The notes: a model not told the origin generated them from the letters alone. A DNA stretch of 64,000 nucleotides from Candidatus Binataceae bacterium (GCA_035524095.1 DATKPK010000189.1:2334-66333); one strand, 5' to 3'. Shown: positions 1-9,212, counted from the stretch's first letter. Numbers and translations are program-made.

Positions 1-63
1 GGGCGTACTTGCAACGTATCGCCGGCGCGATTATAGCCAAAGGCGCTGACCCTCTCCAAGATA

Positions 64-627
64 GTGACCGGTGAGTCCAGAGGTAACGTGACGTTTCGTA
101 TTCTAAAGCTTGCTGCTGCTGCGATGATCGCGGTGGGCTTCGTAATTACGCTGTGGTGGCCGTCGGATCGGGTCAACGTATGGGCGCAACTGCCGGCGCC
201 TAATCCATTACTCGCACCAGTGCCACCGCCGGCCGCGCCGCCGCAGCTGGCGGCGCCGGTGACAGTCGAGGCGGCACCGTCATTGATCGCGGTGCCTACT
301 CCAGCGACCCCTGCGCCGACGCCTTCGGAACAGACGTTTAACTGCAGCTGCTTCGGACCCGGCATGCCGACGGCGTGGATGGGACAGGTCGTGAGCTCAA
401 GCTATTTCAACGCGCAACAAGCGGCCGAAGGGGCCTGCGTGGCCTACAATGAGCGAGCGCCCTCGCAGCCAGCGATTCCCTCGATTGCGGAGCAAGGTGC
501 GCTACCATCGCTGCCTGAGAGTGCATTGCCGGTTGATGCGGCGAGCGATCAGGGTCAGCAATTGCCGAACACGATATTTTCATCGCAGAACGCGGTGACG
601 TCGTGCCAGCGGTGTTCGTGCAGCTGA
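64..627 (+). CDS. hypothetical membrane-anchored or secreted Pro/Ala-rich protein with Cys-containing C-terminal part
   Basis: 187-aa ORF with a non-ATG start per the track. N-terminal hydrophobic helix LKLAAAAMIAVGFVITLWW, then a PAPNPLLAPVPPPAAPP linker, then 6 Cys (FNCSCF, GACVAY, SCQRCSCS). No family recognised. Confidence 0.45.
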   Translation: MTGESRGNVTFRILKLAAAAMIAVGFVITLWWPSDRVNVWAQLPAPNPLLAPVPPPAAPPQLAAPVTVEAAPSLIAVPTPATPAPTPSEQTFNCSCFGPGMPTAWMGQVVSSSYFNAQQAAEGACVAYNERAPSQPAIPSIAEQGALPSLPESALPVDAASDQGQQLPNTIFSSQNAVTSCQRCSCS

Positions 628-666
628 AGACGGCGATATGACTGCGCGAAATCGAGCGGCGCGCTG

Positions 667-1263
667 ATGGCCAAGCGCGGCAGGCTGATTCTCGTCAGAC
701 ACGGCGAGAGCGAAGGGAATCGCGATCGCCGATTTACGATCTCGTCTGAAGTTGAACTGACTGAGAAGGGAATCCAGCAGGCGCACGAGGTTGCGCAGCG
801 AATCAAGGCACGCTTTCAGCCGGAGTTAATCATTTCCAGTTCGTTCCGGCGCGCTTGGCAGACCAGCGCGATAATCGCAGACGAATTGAATTTGCCGATC
901 GAGGTCGTTGAGGACATTCACGAGCGTGACCTTGGCACACTGCGTGGAGAATCGTACGACCGGCTGCGCGAATTGGTAAAGCTGGCACCGGACTTCGATC
1001 CCAAGCAAGGATGGCTATGGCGGCCGGAGGGCGGCGAAAGCTATGAGGACGTGCGGCTTCGCGTTACGGCGGCGTTCGATAAGCTACGCGGGCGCTTCCC
1101 TGAGCATGAGGTGGTGATAGTCAGTCATGGCGGGGTGATGCTCTCGATGTGGGCACATATCACGGGCAAGTGGGAAGGGTCGCACCTGCCGCCGAATTGC
1201 GGGATCGTGCTGGTGGAGCACGACGGCGAGCGCTTCGACATGCCGCAGATTATCACAGACTAG
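667..1263 (+). CDS. histidine phosphatase family protein (phosphoglycerate mutase-like)
   Basis: N-terminal catalytic RHGE motif (LILVRHGESEGN) and a later SHGG motif (VIVSHGGVM), typical of the cofactor-dependent PGM/histidine phosphatase superfamily. 198 aa. Confidence 0.85.
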   Translation: MAKRGRLILVRHGESEGNRDRRFTISSEVELTEKGIQQAHEVAQRIKARFQPELIISSSFRRAWQTSAIIADELNLPIEVVEDIHERDLGTLRGESYDRLRELVKLAPDFDPKQGWLWRPEGGESYEDVRLRVTAAFDKLRGRFPEHEVVIVSHGGVMLSMWAHITGKWEGSHLPPNCGIVLVEHDGERFDMPQIITD

Positions 1264-1300
1264 CAATCGCCGGATCGGCGCCAGCCAGACGACGAATGCG

Positions 1301-1489
1301 TCAACGATTCAGGTTGCGCGGGATCGCGCCGATACGCTTCTCGCGATCATAGACGACGCGCCAGGAGCCGGGAGATTTGGCCTGGCATTCCCGGCAGAGA
1401 CCCATCGAAGACATATGCGGGTTCGGCGAAGGGATAGCTTCGCCGCAGGCGATACATTTGCAGCGGACGACTTTGGATGAATAGTTCAT
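1301..1489 (-). CDS. small zinc-ribbon-like hypothetical protein
   Basis: 62-aa ORF with CKCIACG...CRECQ (two CxxC pairs). It occupies the gap downstream of recO on the same strand. No family recognised. Confidence 0.4.
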   Translation of the reverse strand: MNYSSKVVRCKCIACGEAIPSPNPHMSSMGLCRECQAKSPGSWRVVYDREKRIGAIPRNLNR

Positions 1490-1631
1490 CGGTGTGCGGC
1501 AAGGGTATGGCCCTAATGTTATAGGCCGATTGCGGCAGATTTAGCGCTCGATGAAACATGGTCCTCGTCGATGAGGACATGACATCGCGAGGCGGTATGA
1601 ACTGCCCTTAAGATCCCGCATGAGCTAGTGG

Positions 1632-2387
1632 TTAGAGCAGTGTGTCGAGGAAGGCGGCGGAGCGCAGGCGGCGATCGAGGATCGATGCGAGAAAGCGGGC
1701 GAGAGCCTGCGCGCCGTCGGGGCCGCCATCGTCGAGGCTGGAGTGAGCGGTCAGGGGAGCATCGTTGAGACGGGCCATCGCGGCGACGATCGCTGGGTTG
1801 AGACGAACGGCGGTTTCGGGCGCTGCGGGACGGCATCGTGGGCATATGACACCGCCGCGCGAGGGGATGAAGTAAGCAGCCTTGAGGTGATCTTCATCGA
1901 GAGTGCCGCATGCACGGCAGCGCGAGAATTCGAGGCCGAAGCCGCTCGCGCGCAAAATCGCCAGTTCGAATCCTTGACGGATGGCAAGACTGGCCGTGGC
2001 CGTGACGAGGAGGCGGAGCGCGTCGGCGAGAATACGATAGGCGGCGGCGGCCTCGGCTTCTTCGGAGGTGAGCGCCTCGGTCAATTCGAGCATATAGGTG
2101 CCGAGCGCGAAGCGGGCGAGATCGTCTTCGGCAGTGAGAGGCGGCAAGTCGCCAGCTTCGGCGCGCGTGATGAAAACCAGTTGGCCGTGCGGGCGGCGGC
2201 GAAAGAACAGAGTGACATGCGAGAAGGGTTCGAGCTTGCGCTCGAAGCGGCGGCGCGAGGCCTTGGCGCCTTTGGCGATACCGCTGAGCTTGCCGAAATC
2301 GCGCGTTAGTAGCGTGACGATACGATCCGACTCGGCGTAGTCGCGGGCGCGGAGCACAATCGCAGGAGTGGATTCCTCAGCAGGCAT
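1632..2387 (-). CDS. recO: DNA repair protein RecO
   Basis: 251 aa. N-terminal OB-fold-like AIVLRARDYAESDRIVTLLTRDFGKLSGIAKGAKASRRRF and a C-terminal zinc motif CRACG...CPRC, as in RecO. Confidence 0.85.
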   Translation of the reverse strand: MPAEESTPAIVLRARDYAESDRIVTLLTRDFGKLSGIAKGAKASRRRFERKLEPFSHVTLFFRRRPHGQLVFITRAEAGDLPPLTAEDDLARFALGTYMLELTEALTSEEAEAAAAYRILADALRLLVTATASLAIRQGFELAILRASGFGLEFSRCRACGTLDEDHLKAAYFIPSRGGVICPRCRPAAPETAVRLNPAIVAAMARLNDAPLTAHSSLDDGGPDGAQALARFLASILDRRLRSAAFLDTLL

Positions 2388-2413
2388 AGCAGGTCAGCCA
2401 TCTGCATGGCGGC

Positions 2414-3559
2414 CTAGACGGAGAACCGCAACATCGACTGCTGGATCGCTTTGACCTTGGTGCGCATCGCCTCGATACTGCCTGTTTCGCGGCCGTTGCC
2501 GGAAGCCTCGCGCATCAGATTTTCGAATTTGACGAGGATATTGGCGAGCTTGGTATGGGCCTCGATGACGGCGCGCTTGCGTAGCTCGTCGCTTTCCCAT
2601 CCGCGGCGGGCATATTCGTCGAGCTCCTGGCCCTGAATCAGAAGCTCGCGGGCCTCATCTTCGTAGCCTTTGACGAGACGGCGGATGGCGTCGCGGACCT
2701 TGGGCAACTCCTCAGGATCTTTCCACAGAACGTGTTCGAGGAATGGAAGATCGTCCTCGCTGACGTGCGGGCGTCCACAGAGCATCGCATGGGCACGCAG
2801 GATCGCCAGCGCATTACGCCAACGGCGATCGGAGGCGATGATTTGTTGCGTGGCGAGGGTGCGGCGCAGTTCGGCTATTGATCGAAGTATTGGAGGCGGG
2901 AGCGGAATCGCGGCGGCTTGCGCGCGCAAGTCGTCGAGTTCGGCGAAGGTCAGTGTAGTGCGAGCGCCGGGTGCGATCCCTTCCAGCATCTTGAGGAAGC
3001 GGAAATCTTCGCTGATGTAATCGGTGAGGAAGCGGAGCATGAAGCGATCGTAGAGGGCAGTCAGTTCGTCTTCGTCGGGCAATTCATTAGAGGCGCCGAA
3101 CAGCGTAATCAGCGGGACGGTGAAGCGTTCGCGGCCATTGTGAAAGAGGCGTTCGTTGACCAGCGTCAGGAGCGCATTGAGGATCGAGGAATTGGCCTTA
3201 AAGATCTCGTCGAGGAAGGCGATATGGGCCTCGGGCAGCTTGTGGTCGGTGACGCGGCGATAGTCGTCCTGCTCCAGGCCCTTCAGACTGACCGCGCCGA
3301 AAATTTCCTCCGGCGTGCTGAATTTGGTCAGTAGCCATTGGAAGTAGTTCGCACCCTCGATGCGGCTGCAGAGCTCGTCGGCGAGCATCGATTTGGCAGT
3401 GCCGGGCGGCCCGATCACCAATACGTGACTGGCGGAGAGCAATGCGGCGAGCGAACCATCGATCAGGTCCGCACGCTCGAGGAAGAGATGATTCAGTTCG
3501 TCCCGGATAGCGGAAAGTTTGTTGAGCGCGGATGACATGGAAATCGCGGGTAGCTCCAA
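2414..3559 (-). CDS. AAA+ ATPase, MoxR/RavA-like
   Basis: Walker A VIGPPGTAKS and Walker B AFLDEIFKA. KFSTPEEIFG and ALLTLVNERLFHNG blocks closely resemble E. coli RavA as I recall it. TTG start at 3559; alternative ATG at 3538. Confidence 0.85.
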   Translation of the reverse strand: MELPAISMSSALNKLSAIRDELNHLFLERADLIDGSLAALLSASHVLVIGPPGTAKSMLADELCSRIEGANYFQWLLTKFSTPEEIFGAVSLKGLEQDDYRRVTDHKLPEAHIAFLDEIFKANSSILNALLTLVNERLFHNGRERFTVPLITLFGASNELPDEDELTALYDRFMLRFLTDYISEDFRFLKMLEGIAPGARTTLTFAELDDLRAQAAAIPLPPPILRSIAELRRTLATQQIIASDRRWRNALAILRAHAMLCGRPHVSEDDLPFLEHVLWKDPEELPKVRDAIRRLVKGYEDEARELLIQGQELDEYARRGWESDELRKRAVIEAHTKLANILVKFENLMREASGNGRETGSIEAMRTKVKAIQQSMLRFSV

Positions 3560-3795
3560 CTTAAATCTAGCAAAGCGCGGGCAGGGGATTAAGTAGAGGC
3601 TGTGCTTGCACGGGCGCGCGGATGCGAGTCTGCGAGCCTTTTGTCCAACAATCCGAAATGCCCACTCATAGCAGTGCCGATCAGCATTGCCTTGCCGGAA
3701 GGGTGGTTAGGCGCTACAACCAAGGCAAATCGTCGGCGACAAAGATGACTTGCGCGGCGCGCTCAGGTGGGTGGGCTGCGGCCGAGAGGAGAGCC

Positions 3796-4995
3796 ATGGA
3801 AAAAGCACTGGCGGGTGTGAAGATTCTAGATTTGACCCAATTTGAAGCCGGCACGTCCTGCACTGAGATGCTGGCGTGGCTCGGCGCGGACGTGATCAAA
3901 GTCGAGTCGCCGAAGATGGGCGAGCAGGGACGCTGGATGCTGACGGAACAGCCAGGCGTCGACTCGCACTACTTCATGTTGCTCAATGCGAACAAGCGGA
4001 GTATCACGCTCAACCTCAAGTCCGAGCGCGGCAAGGAAATCTTTATCCAGCTGATCAAGCAGGTCGATATCCTGTCGGAAAACTACTCGCTTGGGACGCT
4101 CGAAGGGCTCGGACTCGGCTATGACAAGCTGCGCGAGATTAATCCGAAATTGATCTATTTGACGATCAAGGGCTTCGGAACGTTTGGTCCATACAGCAAG
4201 TACAAAAGCTTCGATATGATCGCGCAGGCGGCGGGCGGCGCGATGTCGCTGACGGGGTTCCCTGGGTCGCCACCGCTCAAGCCGGGTCCGACGATTGGGG
4301 ATACCGGCACGGGAATCCATGCCGCGTGCGGGGTACTGGCGGCGTATATCCAGCGGCAGGCGACCGGCAAGGGGCAGAAGGTCGAAGTCGCGATGCAGGA
4401 AGCAATCTTCAATTTCGTGCGCGTGCCAATGATGGAGACCTACCTCACGAAGCAGCCGACGCCGCGGCGCGGGAATCGGCTGGGCGCGGGAGTGATCGGC
4501 GATATTTTCAAATGCGCGCCTGGTGGCGACAACGACTACGTCTATATGCTGTGCACCACACCCGAGATGTGGAACGCGATCTGGAACACGGTGGGCAGGC
4601 CGGATGTGATCAATGATCCGCGCTACAGCGACCGCAAGGAACGGGCGAAAAATATCGACGAGTTGCTCGCGATAATCGAAGCGTGGACCGGGCAGCGCAG
4701 CAAGCATGAAGTGATGAAGTTAATGGGCGAGGCGGGGGTACCGTGCGGCGCGATCCTCGATAGCGTCGAGCTGCTCAACGATCCGCATATGCGCGAGCGC
4801 GGCATGGTGGTGACGGTGGACCATCCGGCGCGCGGCAAGTTCACCATGCCTGGCTGTCCGATACGACTGGAAGATTCACCGGTCGATGTGAAAGCGGCGC
4901 CATTGCTGGGGCAGCACAACAATGAGATCTATGGCCAGCTGCTTGGCATGACGGCAGGCGATTTGGAACAGCTGAAAGAGCAGGGTGTGGTTTAA
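3796..4995 (+). CDS. family III CoA-transferase (CaiB/BaiF; formyl-CoA transferase-like)
   Basis: GVKILDLTQFEAGTSCTEMLAWLGADVIKVESP N-terminus. The C-terminal APLLGQHNNEIY...LKEQGVV resembles the Frc C-terminus. ATG at 3796 is preceded by GAGAGGAGAG; the track ORF extends to 3622 but that extension looks non-coding. Confidence 0.85.
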   Translation: MEKALAGVKILDLTQFEAGTSCTEMLAWLGADVIKVESPKMGEQGRWMLTEQPGVDSHYFMLLNANKRSITLNLKSERGKEIFIQLIKQVDILSENYSLGTLEGLGLGYDKLREINPKLIYLTIKGFGTFGPYSKYKSFDMIAQAAGGAMSLTGFPGSPPLKPGPTIGDTGTGIHAACGVLAAYIQRQATGKGQKVEVAMQEAIFNFVRVPMMETYLTKQPTPRRGNRLGAGVIGDIFKCAPGGDNDYVYMLCTTPEMWNAIWNTVGRPDVINDPRYSDRKERAKNIDELLAIIEAWTGQRSKHEVMKLMGEAGVPCGAILDSVELLNDPHMRERGMVVTVDHPARGKFTMPGCPIRLEDSPVDVKAAPLLGQHNNEIYGQLLGMTAGDLEQLKEQGVV

Positions 4996-5037
4996 GCAGA
5001 GGTTGCCATTGCGGGCGCAGGGTTTAAGTAAGAAGCG

Positions 5038-6621
5038 ATGGCGGCGCGCGACATTCTGGACTCAGTCGAATTCCTGAAGCGGTCGGGCGAGGCGGAATTG
5101 CTTCGCTTCGTGCGCGGCCATCGCGGAACAGTCTACGCCGAGATGCGTTTTGAGGCGGTGTTCCATCGATCAGCTGCGGCCAATGATGGTGAGCCGCGCG
5201 ACAGTACGGAGGCTGAGACAGCGGCGCTTGGATTGGCGGTCCATTATGGCGAGCGCGGGGGCGTGATAGGACGCGGGCTGACGGGCGTCGAAGTAGGACG
5301 GTTGGCGCTCAACCGAACGAAGCTCATCGCGGCGTTACGGCAAGCCCTTGAAGAGGCGCTGGTGCGGGCGCGATACGATGCGAAGCACAAACTCGCATTG
5401 TTGAAGGAACTTGGCGACGCGGCTTCGTCGCTGACGACCGGGGCGGCGTACGAGCCGTCGACGGCACGTGACACGCTTGAGGCGGTTTACCGACGGGATC
5501 CACGCGGACTTCAGCCGATGGAGTTGCGCGATATCTGTTGCGAAGCGTCGAAGGCAATCAGTGGGCTCGGCAGTGAAATTGCCTTCAACGTCGTAGCGGC
5601 GACAAGCGAGTTGCGTCACGAACTATTTGTAAATTCTGCAGGTGCACTGATCGGTCAGGCGTTCGCGTTTGCGCAGGGCGATTGTTACGTAGTCGCCCAA
5701 ACCGAACATGGCCATCAAGAAACCTACGACACGATCGGGCAGCAGCGCGGCTTCGAATGCCTCGCCGAAGGTTATCGATCGGAACTGATGCCGAATCCAG
5801 ACCTGCAAACCTTCGCACTTGAGTTGGCGAAGGAAGCGCGTGAGCTTGCAGCCTCACCGGCACTCAAGCCGACCGATCACGAAGTCGTGGTGGTGACGGA
5901 TCCGCATTTCAATGGACTGGTGTCGCATGAAATCGTGGGTCATCCGTGCGAAGCCGATCGCGCTCTCAAGATGGAAGCGGCCTATGCGGGTCGGAGCTGG
6001 CTGTTGCGATCACTGGCGGAGAATGAGATTGGGCAGAGGATCGGATCGGAGCTGTTATCGGCGTGCTCGGACCCGTCGCTCGACGGTTATGGCTATTACC
6101 GCTACGACCATGAAGGGACTGAGGGCCGGCGCGTTCAGCATATCGAAAATGGAATCTTTCGCGGCTTTATAAATTCGCGCGCTACGGCTGCGGCACTTGG
6201 AGTTGAGCCGAACGGGTCGGCGCGTGCGAGTGAGGCGTGGCATACACCGCTAATCCGCATGTCGAATACGTTTTTCATGCCGGGAGTGAGTGACCCGCAA
6301 AAGATTATCGGAGAGGTTGAGCACGGCTATTACATCTGCGGCAACCTGATACCGTCGATCGCGGAGTCGCGCGAGAATTTTCGTATATCGGCGCGCAAAG
6401 TCTACGAGATCAATCACGGACAGCTCGGGCAGCTCTATCGGTCGGGCAGCGTAATCGCGGATTCGAAGAGTTTTTTCATGCATGTGGACGCGGTTGGTAA
6501 TGACCTGCGGCTGATCGCAATTCCGAATTGCGGCAAGGGCCAGCCGATGCAAGCTAAGCGGATGTCGAACGGCGGACCGACGCTGCGGTCGCGGGCGCGG
6601 CTCGGCGGCGGCCAAGCCTGA
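5038..6621 (+). CDS. tldD: TldD-like metalloprotease (TldD/PmbA family)
   Basis: 527 aa. HExxxH zinc motif HEIVGH as in TldD. C-terminal GGPTLRS-type TldD/PmbA family ending. Stop overlaps the next start (TGATG). Confidence 0.8.
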   Translation: MAARDILDSVEFLKRSGEAELLRFVRGHRGTVYAEMRFEAVFHRSAAANDGEPRDSTEAETAALGLAVHYGERGGVIGRGLTGVEVGRLALNRTKLIAALRQALEEALVRARYDAKHKLALLKELGDAASSLTTGAAYEPSTARDTLEAVYRRDPRGLQPMELRDICCEASKAISGLGSEIAFNVVAATSELRHELFVNSAGALIGQAFAFAQGDCYVVAQTEHGHQETYDTIGQQRGFECLAEGYRSELMPNPDLQTFALELAKEARELAASPALKPTDHEVVVVTDPHFNGLVSHEIVGHPCEADRALKMEAAYAGRSWLLRSLAENEIGQRIGSELLSACSDPSLDGYGYYRYDHEGTEGRRVQHIENGIFRGFINSRATAAALGVEPNGSARASEAWHTPLIRMSNTFFMPGVSDPQKIIGEVEHGYYICGNLIPSIAESRENFRISARKVYEINHGQLGQLYRSGSVIADSKSFFMHVDAVGNDLRLIAIPNCGKGQPMQAKRMSNGGPTLRSRARLGGGQA

Positions 6622-8153
6622 TGCTGCCGCGGGCTGAACTCAAGAATTTTGTACGCGAGGCGCGAGTACTGATTGCGCGGGAACGCGACCTCAGCGCTTT
6701 CGAAATTTACGCGTCCGCCAGCGAGGATCGCGTCGCGCGGATAAACTACACGTCTGACATTCCGTCGCGCGGGGTTGAAGAGTTCAAGTCACTGAATGCT
6801 GAGGGCTTTGCGCTTCGGATCGTAATGAAGCGTGATGCGCACGAGACGGGGACGGCGGCGATCGCGGGTGACCTGGGTCTCGAAGCGGTACGCGATGCAT
6901 TGAAGCGTGCGCGCAATGCAGTAGTGGTTGATCCGCACTTCAATGGTTTGCCGGCGGAGCCATCCAAGCTCCGAGCGGGAGAAGCGGCGAGTGCGAATGA
7001 TTTGATGCGGGCGAACGATGGTTTGCTAGCGTCGGCGGCATGGCAAGTGATCGGCGGAGCAATTAAGACTTTCAGAACCAAGGGGCCAAGCGGACTCGAC
7101 CGGCCTGGACTGATTGTCGGCGGAGATCTTTCCATAATCCGAGATCGGATCGCAGTAACGAATTCAAACTATCGCGATATCAGAACGGATGAGAATGCGC
7201 GCTTCGCCTCATCCATTACCGTGTTGGGCGAGGCGCTTGACGCTAAAGGAACGGCTAGTGCGGTCGGCGGATCGGTTGCTGAGGTAACGCGGTCGGCGGC
7301 GCGGCTCGGGCGTCAGGCGGTGTTGAAGGCGCTCGCACTGCAACACGGAGAGCGTCCGCCCCCGGGGCCATATCGGGTGGTTCTCGGAGCGCAACCGCTG
7401 GCTGAGATCGTCAACTACATGGTGCTTCCGTCGCTGACGACGGGAGCGTTTCACGCATCGAACTCGGCTTATCATGGACGTTTCGGGATGCGCGTGATGG
7501 ATAAACGGATCAGCCTAATTGACGATCCGCTGACGACTGGCGGCCCGGTGAAGCGGCGGATTACGTGCGAAGGATTGCCAACCGCAAAGACCGATTTGAT
7601 CAAATCAGGTGAACTGGTCGGGCTGCTATCGAACTTTTACGACGCTAGGCGGCTGATCAACGATCGGCATCGCGCGGAAAAGCTCGGCCCCGCGGGGGAT
7701 AGAGTGACTATGTTTCCTGTATGCAGCGGATATCGGCTGGGTGACGGAGCGGCGCGGCGCTTTGATGCACATCCGGGGGCGAGCGGCACTAACGTGATAA
7801 TGCGCGCGCGCGATGGTATCAGCGACGAGGAGTTGATCGAGCAAGCGGGCGAGGGAATTTACGTCGGCCGCGTATGGTACACCTATCCAATCAACGGCCA
7901 GCGAAACGGTGATTTCACCTGCACGATCAGCGGCGATTCGTACGTGATTCGCGGCGGGAAACTCGTGAAACCGTTGGCGCCCAACTGTTTGCGCATTAAC
8001 GCGAATATCGAAGATGTGTTCACGCATCCAGTTGCGGTGGGGCGGCGCGCCCAGGCAGCGTCGGTATGGGGATCGCCGGAGGCGTATTTCATGCCTGCGC
8101 TGCTAGCGGACGGAATCACGCTCGCGGCGGTTGGCGCAGCAGATTCGGATTGA
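6621..8153 (+). CDS. PmbA/TldE-like protein (TldD/PmbA family, no HExxxH)
   Basis: 510 aa with family-like blocks (GIYVGRVWYTYPIN, GDFTCTISGDSYVIRGGKL) but no HExxxH. This matches the non-catalytic partner of a TldD/TldE heterodimer. Translationally coupled to the upstream TldD. Confidence 0.75.
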   Translation: MLPRAELKNFVREARVLIARERDLSAFEIYASASEDRVARINYTSDIPSRGVEEFKSLNAEGFALRIVMKRDAHETGTAAIAGDLGLEAVRDALKRARNAVVVDPHFNGLPAEPSKLRAGEAASANDLMRANDGLLASAAWQVIGGAIKTFRTKGPSGLDRPGLIVGGDLSIIRDRIAVTNSNYRDIRTDENARFASSITVLGEALDAKGTASAVGGSVAEVTRSAARLGRQAVLKALALQHGERPPPGPYRVVLGAQPLAEIVNYMVLPSLTTGAFHASNSAYHGRFGMRVMDKRISLIDDPLTTGGPVKRRITCEGLPTAKTDLIKSGELVGLLSNFYDARRLINDRHRAEKLGPAGDRVTMFPVCSGYRLGDGAARRFDAHPGASGTNVIMRARDGISDEELIEQAGEGIYVGRVWYTYPINGQRNGDFTCTISGDSYVIRGGKLVKPLAPNCLRINANIEDVFTHPVAVGRRAQAASVWGSPEAYFMPALLADGITLAAVGAADSD

Positions 8154-8156
8154 GCG

Positions 8157-9212
8157 TTGCCGTCGGGTCCACGCAAATCAGCTTCGGTTGCGAAAGCTCT
8201 CTCGCCGGATTCACCAATCGCGCGGATGACGGCGCGCGGAATCGTCGTCGCTGCGAACCCAGAGGATTGGCGGCGCATCCGTACGTCCTTCAAGCTCGAA
8301 AACCATCTGCGGATACCGGGATTTATTGAACCTGAACTGCTCGAAGTGATGCGCAAATACCTGCGGCGGGCGCGTTTCGAGGAGAGCGAATACGGTACGG
8401 TTGGGCGCGATCTGGCGCTGTGGGACAGTCCGGTGGCGGGCGCACTCCATCTGCTGATGAACGATCCAGCGTTGCTCGATTTCGCACGGCGAATCAGCGG
8501 ATGCGGACCGATCGGGAGCTTTACCGGCCGGCTATACCGGATGGTCACGACGCCCGGGATGGACTTCGATTGGCATAGCGATTTGAAGGAAGGCGATTTA
8601 CGAGTCGGGTTGGCGATGACGGTCAATCTCGGAACCAGGCCATATCATGGCGGGATGCTGGAGATGAAGCGCGTCGATGAGGACGCCATCACCGAGATTC
8701 CGAACGTTGGGCCGGGCGATGCGATCATCTTTCGCCTCGCGCGGAATTTACGTCATCGTGTGACGCCGGTCGAAGGGAAGGTGCCTAAGACGGCGTTTAC
8801 CGGATGGTTCATGCTGGCGCCGAATTTCGCTCAGCTCCGCCGTGAATGGCTGGCTGGGCAATATGAGGTGAATGGAGCTGTCCCACGCCGAAGGCGCAAG
8901 CCGGTGATGCCGTCGCCTACGGATGCTTTCTCGATCTCACCGACGGTGGTGACGCTCGGGACGAGCGATGAGACGATTATCGCGAGCATCGCCACAGGGC
9001 GGTTCCATGGGTTGAACGAGACAGCGGTGCGAATGTGGGAGTTGATGGGGCGGGGGCAATCGCTGCATCGTTCCGCGCTAGCGCTGGCGCGGGAATACGG
9101 AGTGGGCGTGGCGGTAGTCGAGCGTGACCTAACCGAGCTGGCCGCGAACCTGGCGGCGCGTCAATTGATCACGCTCGGAATCGGAAACGAGAAGCCCGCT
9201 CACAACTGTTAG
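8157..9212 (+). CDS. 2OG-Fe(II) oxygenase fused to a C-terminal PqqD-like (RRE) domain
   Basis: HxD...H facial triad candidates DWHSD and LRHRVTPV in a P4H-like core. The C-terminal ~85 aa (GRFHGLNETAVRMWELMGRGQSLHRSALALAREYGVGVAVVERDLTELAANLAARQLI) match the PqqD pattern. TTG start 3 nt after the PmbA stop; alternative ATG at 8226. Confidence 0.75.
   Translation: MPSGPRKSASVAKALSPDSPIARMTARGIVVAANPEDWRRIRTSFKLENHLRIPGFIEPELLEVMRKYLRRARFEESEYGTVGRDLALWDSPVAGALHLLMNDPALLDFARRISGCGPIGSFTGRLYRMVTTPGMDFDWHSDLKEGDLRVGLAMTVNLGTRPYHGGMLEMKRVDEDAITEIPNVGPGDAIIFRLARNLRHRVTPVEGKVPKTAFTGWFMLAPNFAQLRREWLAGQYEVNGAVPRRRRKPVMPSPTDAFSISPTVVTLGTSDETIIASIATGRFHGLNETAVRMWELMGRGQSLHRSALALAREYGVGVAVVERDLTELAANLAARQLITLGIGNEKPAHNC

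Noticed and set aside
3622-3795. 58-codon 5' extension of the CoA-transferase ORF (track start at 3622)
   Set aside because: The extension has no family-like sequence. The conserved CoA-transferase N-terminus begins right after the ATG at 3796, which has a GAGAGGAGAG ribosome-binding site. The extension overlaps the divergent promoter region.
3826-4707. 293-aa minus-strand ORF
   Set aside because: It lies entirely antisense to the well-supported CoA-transferase gene. Its Arg/Pro/His-rich composition is typical of shadow ORFs in GC-rich DNA.
7883-8626. 247-aa minus-strand ORF spanning the PmbA / oxygenase junction
   Set aside because: It is antisense to two motif-supported genes. It is Arg/Ser/Pro-rich with no recognisable domain, so it is a shadow ORF.
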